Of a stretch of 64,000 bases of DNA, positions 29,798 to 37,808 are shown piece by piece. Location: NCBI GenBank assembly GCA_041687695.1, contig JAWLBL010000001.1, positions 419,461-483,460 of the forward strand. The letters run 5' to 3'. This DNA comes from Myxococcota bacterium (GTDB taxonomy: Bacteria > Myxococcota_A > UBA9042 > PHBI01 > JAWLBL01). The first letter of the stretch is position 1. Every line of letters begins with the position of its first letter. The position numbers were made by a program, and so were the translations under genes. Under the pieces are notes generated by a model. The model did not search any database, had not been told where the DNA came from, and worked only from the letters and a program-made list of their open reading frames with translations.

Positions 29798-30760
29798 CTA
29801 CTCGGCCGGCAGCGCCATCGGCAGCCCGAAGCGCGGGAAGAGCGTCTCGGTGTCCAGGAACGAGGTCCAGCTGGCGATGCGGTCGCCGGACAGCTCGAGC
29901 ACGGCCAGGGCCCACGGCCGATAGCCGCCGTCGGGCGCCAGCTTGTACTGGGCGAAGGTCGGCAGCCCGCACGCCGCGGTCGGCACCAGGCGAGAGCCGC
30001 GACAGGCGGCGCCGCGGCCCAGCAGCCAGGCGCGCACCGCCTCGGGGCCCTGCAGCCACAGCGCGTAGGGCGGCATCGAGAAGACGGCGTCCTCGCGCAG
30101 CAGCGCGGCCAGCGCGTCCGCGTCGTAGCGGTGGAAGGCCTCGACGTACCGCTCGAGCAGCTGGCCCTGCGCGGGCGACAGCGGCTCGACCTCGCGCACG
30201 TCGCGGCTCGCCAGCGTCGCCCGGGCGCGCTGCAGGGCGCTGTTGACGGCGGCCACCGTGGTCTCGAGGGCCTGGGCCACCTCGGCGGCCGACCAGCCCA
30301 GCACCTCGGTCAGCAGCAGGGCCGCGCGCTGCCGCGGGGGCAGGTGCTGCAGCGCCGCCACGAAGGCCAGCCGGATGCTCTGGCGCAAGATGAGCTGTCG
30401 CGCGGGGTCCTCGTCGTCGGGGATGGCGCTCGCGTCGGGCACCGGCTCGAGCCAGTGCGTCCTGGGGCGCGCGACCAGCTCGTCGGTCACCGTCCCGGCG
30501 GGCCCCTCCTCGACCGGGCGGGCGCGCCGCTTGCGGGCGGCCAGCTGGTCCAGGCAGACGTTGGTCGCGATGCGGTACAGCCAGGTGCGCACCGAGGCGC
30601 GCCCGTCGAAGCGCTCGAAGTGCCGCCAGGCGCGGACCATCGTCTCCTGGACGGCGTCGTCGGCGTCGACCACCGAGCCGAGCATCCGATAGCAGTGACC
30701 CGTCAGGGCGGCGCGGTGCGGTTCGAGTGAGGCGACGCTGTCGGCTTGGGTGACGGTCAT
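29798..30760 (-). CDS. ECF sigma factor with C-terminal SnoaL domain (SigG/ECF56-like)
   Basis: [54 protein letters not shown]. Confidence 0.92.
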   Translation of the reverse strand: MTVTQADSVASLEPHRAALTGHCYRMLGSVVDADDAVQETMVRAWRHFERFDGRASVRTWLYRIATNVCLDQLAARKRRARPVEEGPAGTVTDELVARPRTHWLEPVPDASAIPDDEDPARQLILRQSIRLAFVAALQHLPPRQRAALLLTEVLGWSAAEVAQALETTVAAVNSALQRARATLASRDVREVEPLSPAQGQLLERYVEAFHRYDADALAALLREDAVFSMPPYALWLQGPEAVRAWLLGRGAACRGSRLVPTAACGLPTFAQYKLAPDGGYRPWALAVLELSGDRIASWTSFLDTETLFPRFGLPMALPAE

Positions 30761-30817
30761 GGTGTGGGATCTAGCACTGCCCCCCCGGCCGCGTCGACCC
30801 TGGCGCCGGGGCGCCGC

Positions 30818-31729
30818 TCAACCCACCAGGAACACGTTGTCGGGCAGCCCCGCGGCGGCCCACAGCCGCGTGCCCAGCAGGTAGAAGAGCAGCAGCGCCG
30901 TGCCCAGGTGCGTCAGGTTGATGCAGTCGGCGCGCGTCAGGCCCCGGCGAAAGCGCGGGCGATAGAAGGCCAGCTGCACCGCGGGCGCCGCCAGCATCAG
31001 GCCCTCCTTCAGCCCGACCAGCCCGCCCAGCACGCCGGCCGCCAGGATGACGACCGACAGGGCCAGCAGCCCGTCGATGATCTGCCGCGACCGCTCGGCC
31101 CCGTGGACCACCGGGTAGGTCGGCACCTTCGCCAGGCGGTCGCCCTCGAGGTCCCTGAGATCATAGAGGATCTCGTAGGTGATCTCGAAGGCGACGAAGA
31201 AGGCGGCGAGCAGCGCGACGGCCGCCCAGCCGCCCGGATGCGCCACGGTCCAGGCGTTCACGGCCAGCGGGTAGATGAAGACGGTCAGCACGAACAGAGC
31301 CGCGCTCATGAAGTTCTTGAAGAAGTAGAGGTCCTTGAAGCGGCGCAGCCCGCGCAGGGTCGGCACCAGCGGCACCGAGTAACCCAGCCCGATGACCTGC
31401 ACGACGACACGCAGCCAGGTCAGCTCGGGGAAGGCCACCAGGGTCCAGGCGAAGGAGCCGACCTGGATGACGACCCAGGCGATCGTGAAGCCGCGCAGGT
31501 GCCGCGCGACCCGCTCGGTGCCGCGGATCTCGTTGGCCAGGTCCTCCTCGAGGTCCGTGATGCGGTTGAGCAGGTTGATGAGCAGCCAGTCCAGCCCGCC
31601 GACCAGGGCGATGGCCCACGGGTACTCGCCGGTGAACAGCCAACCGAAGACCAGGGCGGCCGCCATGGCGATGCCGATGATGTGCAAGCGCAAGATGGAG
31701 CCGAGATCGGCGATGGCCTCGAGTCGCAT
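30818..31729 (-). CDS. UbiA-superfamily membrane prenyltransferase
   Basis: Asp-rich motifs NRITDLEED and YDLRDLEGD; multiple TM helices. Confidence 0.85.
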   Translation of the reverse strand: MRLEAIADLGSILRLHIIGIAMAAALVFGWLFTGEYPWAIALVGGLDWLLINLLNRITDLEEDLANEIRGTERVARHLRGFTIAWVVIQVGSFAWTLVAFPELTWLRVVVQVIGLGYSVPLVPTLRGLRRFKDLYFFKNFMSAALFVLTVFIYPLAVNAWTVAHPGGWAAVALLAAFFVAFEITYEILYDLRDLEGDRLAKVPTYPVVHGAERSRQIIDGLLALSVVILAAGVLGGLVGLKEGLMLAAPAVQLAFYRPRFRRGLTRADCINLTHLGTALLLFYLLGTRLWAAAGLPDNVFLVG

Positions 31730-31775
31730 GCGTCCTCCGGGGTTCGCGCGCCTCGTTTACCGGAAGGCGCGGCGA

Positions 31776-31819
31776 TTGACACGCGTGTCGTTGACACGGC
31801 CCGCCGTGGCGACGATGCT
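31776..31819. promoter_or_regulatory. Divergent promoter with candidate TetR operator
   Basis: Perfect palindrome GACACGCGTGTC (31778-31789) overlapping CGTGTC-gtt-GACACG. TTGACA-N17-GATGCT ends 9 bp before the tetR ATG. Confidence 0.6.
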
Positions 31820-31828
31820 CTTGGTCAG

Positions 31829-32470
31829 ATGACCAAGAGGCCGAACACCCCGGTCGTGACGACCGCCCCGCGCGCCGACGACGTGGCCCTGCAGGCCGCC
31901 GCGAAGCTGTTTCGCGTCAAGGGCTTCGCCGGGACGACGGTGCGCGAGATCGCCGCCGAGGCCGGGATGCTCCCGGGCAGCCTGCACTACCGCTACCCGA
32001 CCAAGGAGGCGCTGCTGCTGGCGCTGATGGCGCGCGCGGTCGCGCAAGTCGGCGCCGCGGTCGAGGCGGCCACGGCCGACGTGACGGACGCGGTCGAGCG
32101 CCTGCGCGCGGGTCTGCGAGCGCACCTCGAGCACCTCCTGTCGGGCGACGACGCAGTGTACGTGCTGGTGTTCGAGTGGTGCGCGCTGTCGGGCGACGCG
32201 CTCGCCGAGATGACGCGCCTGCGCGACCGCTACGAGGCCATCTGGGGGCGGCTGCTCGGTCAGGCCGCCGCCGCGGGCGCCCTGCGCGCCGATCTCGACC
32301 TGGGTGTCGTCCGCCGCCTCGGCTTCGGCGCCGTCAACTGGATCGCCACCTGGTACCGGCCGGGCGGGCCGCACACGCCCGAGACCCTGGCCGATCAGGC
32401 GCTCGAGCTGTTGCTCCACGGCGCCGCCCCGCCCCGCGAAGGAGTCGACGATGGTCAGTCTGTTCGGTAG
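31829..32470 (+). CDS. TetR-family regulator (KstR2-like C-terminus)
   Basis: AAKLFRVKGFAGTTVREIAAEAGMLPGSLHYRYPTKEALL; C-terminal GAVNWIATWYRPGG. Confidence 0.93.
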   Translation: MTKRPNTPVVTTAPRADDVALQAAAKLFRVKGFAGTTVREIAAEAGMLPGSLHYRYPTKEALLLALMARAVAQVGAAVEAATADVTDAVERLRAGLRAHLEHLLSGDDAVYVLVFEWCALSGDALAEMTRLRDRYEAIWGRLLGQAAAAGALRADLDLGVVRRLGFGAVNWIATWYRPGGPHTPETLADQALELLLHGAAPPREGVDDGQSVR

Positions 32471-33611
32471 GACGCTCGAGAACCTGCGCAACGCCGGCCC
32501 GGCCTTCCGGGACGCGGTCGCCTCGCGCAACGTCGACGTGCTGCGTTCGCTGCTGGGCCCCGCCTGGCGCGGCTTCGTGCAGCAGCAGGCCAAGCAGGCG
32601 CCCGACACGGCGCTGGCGACCGGCTACGAGGTCCACTTCGACTGGACCTACGAGCGCGCCGCCCCCGACTTCCGGCGCCTGTACGAGGTCGCCAAGAAGA
32701 GCCAGTGGAACGCCACGACCGACCTCGACTGGTCGAACGACATCGACCCCGGGCCGGCCGGCCAGTGGCTCATCCCCGACGACTTCATCCCGATGCGCGA
32801 CCTGAAGGAGTGGCGCACCTTCGACGACCGCAAGAAGGAGGAGCTCCGCCACGCGACGCTCTCGTGGCTGCTCAGCCAGTTCCTGCACGGCGAGCAGGGC
32901 GCCCTGTACGCCGCCGCCCAGGTCACCGAGGCGGTCCCCTGGCTCGACGCCAAGCTCTACGGCTCCACCCAGGTCGTCGACGAGGGCCGCCACGTCGAGG
33001 TCTTCCACACCTACCTCACCGACAAGCTCGGTAAGCTCTACCCCATCAACGACAACCTCTACGTGCTCATCGACGCGCTCATCGTCGACGAGTCGTGGGA
33101 CATGAAGTTCCTGGGCATGCAGATCATGATCGAGGGCCTCGCCCTGGGCGCCTTCGGCACCATCCGCCAGGCGACCAAGGAGCCCCTCCTCCGCGAGCTG
33201 CTCAAGTACGTCATCACCGACGAGGCCCGCCACGTGCACTACGGCGTCCTCGCCCTCGAGCGCCACTACCGCGAGGCCGACTACTCCGACCGCGAGCGCC
33301 GCTACCGCGAGGACTGGACCTTCGAGGTGACCCTGCAGCTCCGCAACCGCTTCCTCGCCCACGAGCTGCGCGAGGAGTACTTCGCCCACCGCTACACCCG
33401 CAAGCAGTGGGACGAGCTCATCGGCCGCAGCGAGCTGATGCAGCTCTTCCGCAAGACCATGTTCAAGCGCATCATCCCCAACCTGCGCCGCCTGGGCCTG
33501 CTCACCGACCGCGTCAAGCCCCGCTACGCCGCCCTCGGCCTCCTCGACTTCGAGAAGGGCCGCGCCGCCCCCGACCTCACCGCCCGCGACCTCATCGACG
33601 ACGTCGCCTGA
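32451..33611 (+). CDS. Ferritin-like diiron protein (AurF/N-oxygenase-like)
   Basis: HGEQGAL, DEGRH, IEGLA and DEARH form the E/ExxH diiron ligand pattern. Overlaps the tetR end. Confidence 0.85.
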   Translation: MVSLFGRTLENLRNAGPAFRDAVASRNVDVLRSLLGPAWRGFVQQQAKQAPDTALATGYEVHFDWTYERAAPDFRRLYEVAKKSQWNATTDLDWSNDIDPGPAGQWLIPDDFIPMRDLKEWRTFDDRKKEELRHATLSWLLSQFLHGEQGALYAAAQVTEAVPWLDAKLYGSTQVVDEGRHVEVFHTYLTDKLGKLYPINDNLYVLIDALIVDESWDMKFLGMQIMIEGLALGAFGTIRQATKEPLLRELLKYVITDEARHVHYGVLALERHYREADYSDRERRYREDWTFEVTLQLRNRFLAHELREEYFAHRYTRKQWDELIGRSELMQLFRKTMFKRIIPNLRRLGLLTDRVKPRYAALGLLDFEKGRAAPDLTARDLIDDVA

Positions 33612-33663
33612 CCCCCCGCACCGTCCGCCCCGGGGCCCAGCCCCGGGACGGCCCCGCGGCCCC

Positions 33664-34845
33664 TCACCCGGTCCGCGACCCGAACGCCCGCCGCTCCGCG
33701 ACCTTCCGGGCCACGAACGCCGCCCCCAGCTCCTGCCGGGCGATGAGCAAGTTGTGCGCCTGGCACACGACCCGCACGTTGCCGACCGAGTGCCCGCCGC
33801 CCTTGGCGAAGGCCTCCTGGTGGTGCAGCTCCAGCCGCCTCGTCTCGGTGCAACGCCCACCCGGGCCGACATAGGTGCACCGCAGCCCATCCCGCGCGAC
33901 CACGGCCCGCCTGACGGCCCTCGGAATCGCCCTCCCCCGCTCAGCCGCCCCGACCGACGCTCCGGCCTGCCCGACCGACGCTCCGGCCTGCCCGACCGAC
34001 GCTCCGGCCTGCCCGACCGACGCTCCGGCCGCCGCCGGTTCGTTCGCCACGTCCACGCTCTCGGCCTGACCTGACGCCTTCGCGGCGCCCCGCTTCTTCG
34101 CCTTCCGGGCCCCCACCCCGAACCGCTGCTTCTTCTTCGCGGCCAGGAAGACGTCCAGGGCCATCTCCAGCAGCGTCTCGTAGTCGCCCGACGCTACGCT
34201 GTGGCCCGCCAGCGCCATCGCCTCCTCCTGCTTGGCAGCGACCCGGGCGCCGACGGTGACCTGCACCCGATACCGCGCCTCGGACAGCGGCTCGACCCGA
34301 TGCTGCGGCTTCGGCCGCTCCAGCGACAGCTCGCTCGCCCCCGCCTTCGACTCGCCGGTCGCCTGCTTGGGCGCCTCGGCCCGCGCTCCGCCCCGGGGCG
34401 GCGGCAGCTTGAACACCCGCGCCGGCACGTCCGGCCGCGGCGACCACTTCGCCACCAGCTCCGACAGCTCCCGCTTGCTCTTGCCGGCCGCCTCGCCCAG
34501 CCGCTCGCCGACGTTGCCGTCCTCCAGGTGCGGCCCGATGACCCGCACCCCGCTCAGGCTCAGCCGTCCGTCGGCCAGCATGGCCCCCATCTGCGGCCAC
34601 CGCCGCACCCACCCCACGGCCTTCACGTAGTTGTAGGCCTTGTCCTCTCCAAAGCCCCACCGCGTCCGGCACCACTCGAACAGCGAAGGACTGCCATCCA
34701 CGAGATGCAGCTCCCTCGCCTCCACTTCGGCCAGATGGACCACCAGATTGGCCGTCGTCCGCCGCTCCAGATCGACCAGCTCGCCGACCCGCCCCAGCAG
34801 CCCTTCGTCGGACAGATTCTCCAGCAGCTTCAGTCCCTTGCTCAT
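33664..34845 (-). CDS. HNH endonuclease with a DUF222-like N-terminal region
   Basis: RAIPRAVRRAVVARDGLRCTY...RC...LELHH..AFAKGG..SVGNVRVVCQAHN; N-terminal HLAEVEARELH...SLFEWC. Confidence 0.9.
   Translation of the reverse strand: MSKGLKLLENLSDEGLLGRVGELVDLERRTTANLVVHLAEVEARELHLVDGSPSLFEWCRTRWGFGEDKAYNYVKAVGWVRRWPQMGAMLADGRLSLSGVRVIGPHLEDGNVGERLGEAAGKSKRELSELVAKWSPRPDVPARVFKLPPPRGGARAEAPKQATGESKAGASELSLERPKPQHRVEPLSEARYRVQVTVGARVAAKQEEAMALAGHSVASGDYETLLEMALDVFLAAKKKQRFGVGARKAKKRGAAKASGQAESVDVANEPAAAGASVGQAGASVGQAGASVGQAGASVGAAERGRAIPRAVRRAVVARDGLRCTYVGPGGRCTETRRLELHHQEAFAKGGGHSVGNVRVVCQAHNLLIARQELGAAFVARKVAERRAFGSRTG
33950..34030. repeat. 21-bp tandem repeat inside the HNH gene
   Basis: CCGACCGACGCTCCGGCCTGC, about 3.9 copies, encoding GASVGQA on the minus strand. 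Confidence 0.9.
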
Positions 34846-35110
34846 CCCGCAGCCCTCCCATCGAGTGACGGCAGTCTAGCACGGGGGTCCCCCGACCCTC
34901 GCAGCACCCCCTGGACGGCCGTTCAGGCCTCCCAGACGACGCGCGACGACCCTCTACCCTGATCAGCGCGCTGTAGAGCCCAGTAGAGGCCTCCCAGCCC
35001 CTCGCTCCGCCCGATCTCCGAGCGCCGAAACTTCAGCCCGGAAACCCGTCAACAACTATTTGCCTCCTGGGCCCATCCCGATGTCGATTTTCCACCCCTG
35101 GCCTCCCGCC

Positions 35111-35440
35111 CGCCCCGGGACGACGGCCCTGGCGTTTCCCGGGACGACGGCCTGCCCGCTTCCGCCCCGGGACGACGGCCCTGGCGTTTCGCCCCGACAC
35201 GACCGTCGCGAGCGCCACCCAAACGCCGTCACCAACCCGACCAGGCCCGCCGGGCCTGGCCGGAAAGCTTCGCCATGGGCGAAGCACTCCGAAAGCGGCC
35301 TGGCGGCCGCGTACGTCGCCAGCCTGCCGAGCCTCTCGTGGCTCTGGTCTACCCGTCGCAACTGCAGCGCTCCCCGGGACGACGGCCTGTCCGCTTCCGC
35401 CCCGGGACGACGGCCCTGGCGTTTCGCCCCGGGACGACGA
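35111..35440. repeat. Two clusters of 24-28-bp repeats with core CCGGGACGAC
   Basis: Cores start at 35115, 35139, 35167, 35194 (degenerate), 35374, 35402 and 35429, with a further copy at 35784. Confidence 0.85.
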
Positions 35441-35539
35441 CCAGCGCGCCCTCGCCGCGCTCGACGATAACCCCAGACTAGCAAACCCCTCATGCAGCGC
35501 CCCTGCTGCCCCAGCACCCCATGACCCACTCCGCGCCTC

Positions 35540-35715
35540 GGGACGCGAAGCGGCCCGGACGCCCCCGTCCGGACGGGGGCTGCGCCCCCGAGCCCCGCTT
35601 TGTGCAGCTGCAGCGAAGGCCGGGGTCAAGGGCTTTGTCGTCCGCGAGGAATTGGCCGGCCGCCCAGGCCGGCCAAGGGGGACAAAGCCCTTGAGGCCGG
35701 CCGAAGCGGAGGCTA
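35540..35715. repeat. Branched palindromic element flanked by a 9-bp direct repeat
   Basis: 14-bp inverted repeat TCAAGGGCTTTGTC/GACAAAGCCCTTGA encloses TCC-GCGA-GGA and a 10-bp hairpin. CCGCGCCTC occurs at 35531-35539 and 35716-35724. Confidence 0.6.
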
Positions 35716-35800
35716 CCGCGCCTCACCCATCCCTACCCCTGGCTTTCCAGCCCGACCCAACGACCAGCACCCACCTTCCCGCTCCGGGACGACCTCCCCC

Positions 35801-36565
35801 TCACCCCACCCGCAACGCCCCCAGATACGCCTTCACCGTCGCCTCGAACCCGCGCTCGAGGGCGTCCGCGGTCAGGGCGTGGCCGATCGACACCTCGGCC
35901 AGCGCGGGGATCGCCCGCACCAGATCGGACAGATTGGTCAGGTCGAGATCATGCCCCGCGTTGACCCCCAACCCCGCGTCGGTCGCCGCGCGCGCGGTGG
36001 CGACGCAGGCCTGCAGCGCCGCCGCGTGGTCGCCTGTCCAGTGGGCCATGGCGTAGGGGCCGGTGTAGATCTCGATGCGGTCGGCGCCCGAGGCCGCCAG
36101 GGCCGCGACGGGGGCCGGGTCCGGGTCGACGAACAGGCTGACGCGGCTGCCCCAGCCCTTCATCTCGGCCACCAGATCGCGCAGGCGCGCGACGTCGCCC
36201 GCGCCGAAGCCGTGGTCGCTGGTCAGCTGCCCCGGCGCGTCCGGCACCAGGGTGCACTGCGCCGGCCGGACCTCGCGCACCAGCGCCATGTACCCCGGAT
36301 AGGGTCCGCTCGGCCCCTCGAAGGGGTTGCCCTCGACGTTCAGCTCGACGCCGGGGTGCTCGGCCACCAGCGCCGCCAGCACGCGCACGTCGTCGGGCCG
36401 GATGTGCCGCAGGTCCGGCCGCGGGTGCACCGTGATGCCCCCCGCCCCCGCCGCGATGCAGATCCGCGCGAACCGCGCCACCGAGGGCACCCCGTGCTCG
36501 CGCGAGTTGCGCAGCAGGGCGACCTTGTTCAGGTTCACGCTCAACGTCGTCGTCGCGTGCGTCAT
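35801..36565 (-). CDS. pdxJ: Pyridoxine 5'-phosphate synthase
   Basis: LSVNLNKVALLRNSR, GITVHPRPD.RHI, TLVPD...TSDHG, IEIYTGPYA, NAGHDL, EVSIGHAL. Confidence 0.95.
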   Translation of the reverse strand: MTHATTTLSVNLNKVALLRNSREHGVPSVARFARICIAAGAGGITVHPRPDLRHIRPDDVRVLAALVAEHPGVELNVEGNPFEGPSGPYPGYMALVREVRPAQCTLVPDAPGQLTSDHGFGAGDVARLRDLVAEMKGWGSRVSLFVDPDPAPVAALAASGADRIEIYTGPYAMAHWTGDHAAALQACVATARAATDAGLGVNAGHDLDLTNLSDLVRAIPALAEVSIGHALTADALERGFEATVKAYLGALRVG

Positions 36566-36600
36566 GGGTGCCACCTCGTCGGTTCGTTCGCGCGCGGTAT

Positions 36601-36616
36601 AGCAGATCACTCTGCT
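36601..36616. promoter_or_regulatory. Candidate operator between pdxJ and lysR
   Basis: Inverted repeat AGCAGA-tcac-TCTGCT in the 89-bp divergent spacer. Confidence 0.4.
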
Positions 36617-36654
36617 TGCGCCACCACCTCCCGCGTGGGAAGACCATCGGCACC

Positions 36655-37596
36655 ATGAACGCCGCGACCCTCGACGAGCTGACCTCCATGGCCGTGTTCG
36701 CCCGCGTCGTCGAGCTGCGCTCCTTCAGCGCCGCCGCCCGCGAGCTGGGCCTGTCCAAGTCCGCCGTCTCCACCCGCGTGTCGCGCCTCGAGGCCTCCCT
36801 CGGCGTGCGCCTCATGCACCGCACCACCCGCAAGCTCTCGCTCACCGAGGCCGGCCTCGCCCTGTACGAGCGCTGCGCCCGCATCGTCCAGGCCGCCGAC
36901 GAGGCCGCCGAGGTCGCCGAGGACGCCTCCTCCGCGCCCCGCGGCACCCTGCGCGTCAACGCCCCCGTCACCTTCTCGCAGCTGTACATGGGCCCCGTCC
37001 TGGCCGGCTTCCTGGCCGCCTACCCCGAGGTGCGCGTCGCCCTGACCGTCAGCGACCGCTTGGTCGACCTCGTCGAGGAGGGCACCGACGTCGCCATCCG
37101 CATCACGCGCCTGCAGGACTCGTCGCTCATCGCCCGCAAGCTCGCCGACGATCGCGGCGTCGTCGTCGCCGCCCCCGACTACCTGGCCCGCCGCGGCACG
37201 CCCGAGGTGCCCGAGGACCTCGTCGAGCATGACTGCCTGCGCTACTCCGGCCTCGACGCCCGCGTCGAGTGGCGCTTCGTCGGCCCCGACGGCCCCTACT
37301 CGGTGCCCGTGCGCGGCCCGCTGGTCGCCTCGGACGGCGCCGTCCTGCGCGAAGGCGCCGTCGCCGGCCTGGGCCTGGCCGTCGTCCCCACCTTCATGGT
37401 CGCCGACGACCTCGCCGCCGGCCGCCTGGTCATCGTCCTCGACGACCACCGCGACGCGCCCCTGGGTGTGTACGCCGTCATGGCCGAGCGCCGCCACCTC
37501 GCCCCCAAGGTCCGCGTCTTCGTCGACTACCTGGCCGCCCGCTTCGCCGAGCCGCCCTGGCACACCGCGCACACCTGCCCGCCGCGACCCACGTGA
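36655..37596 (+). CDS. LysR-family regulator (CrgA/DmlR-like)
   Basis: FARVVE..SFSAAARELG.SKSAVS..VSRLE..LGVRL.HRTTRKLSLTEAG; PKVRVFVDYL. Confidence 0.95.
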   Translation: MNAATLDELTSMAVFARVVELRSFSAAARELGLSKSAVSTRVSRLEASLGVRLMHRTTRKLSLTEAGLALYERCARIVQAADEAAEVAEDASSAPRGTLRVNAPVTFSQLYMGPVLAGFLAAYPEVRVALTVSDRLVDLVEEGTDVAIRITRLQDSSLIARKLADDRGVVVAAPDYLARRGTPEVPEDLVEHDCLRYSGLDARVEWRFVGPDGPYSVPVRGPLVASDGAVLREGAVAGLGLAVVPTFMVADDLAAGRLVIVLDDHRDAPLGVYAVMAERRHLAPKVRVFVDYLAARFAEPPWHTAHTCPPRPT

Positions 37597-37808
37597 CCCC
37601 GCCGCCACCGGGCCGCGACGCGCCCGTCACGCGGTGATCCCCAGGACGGCCCCCCGCCCTGCGCCGCCCCCGGCGACCTCGCCGCGCCACCGCTCGGCCC
37701 CCGCCGGCTGCGCTTGACACGAGTGGACCCGCACCCTTTCTTGACGCTCGCCAGGGCCCGAGCGCGACGCCGGTCGCGCAGGCCCGGACACAGTCGAGAG
37801 GTGCCGAC

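Noticed and set aside
33664..34845. IscB/TnpB/Cas9-like RNA-guided nuclease
   Set aside because: No PLMP or RuvC motifs are visible; only a C-terminal HNH.
35111..35440. CRISPR- or TIGR-like guide array next to the HNH gene
   Set aside because: Only two recurring linker types are seen rather than unique spacers, and the protein shows no recognisable Cas or Nop domain.
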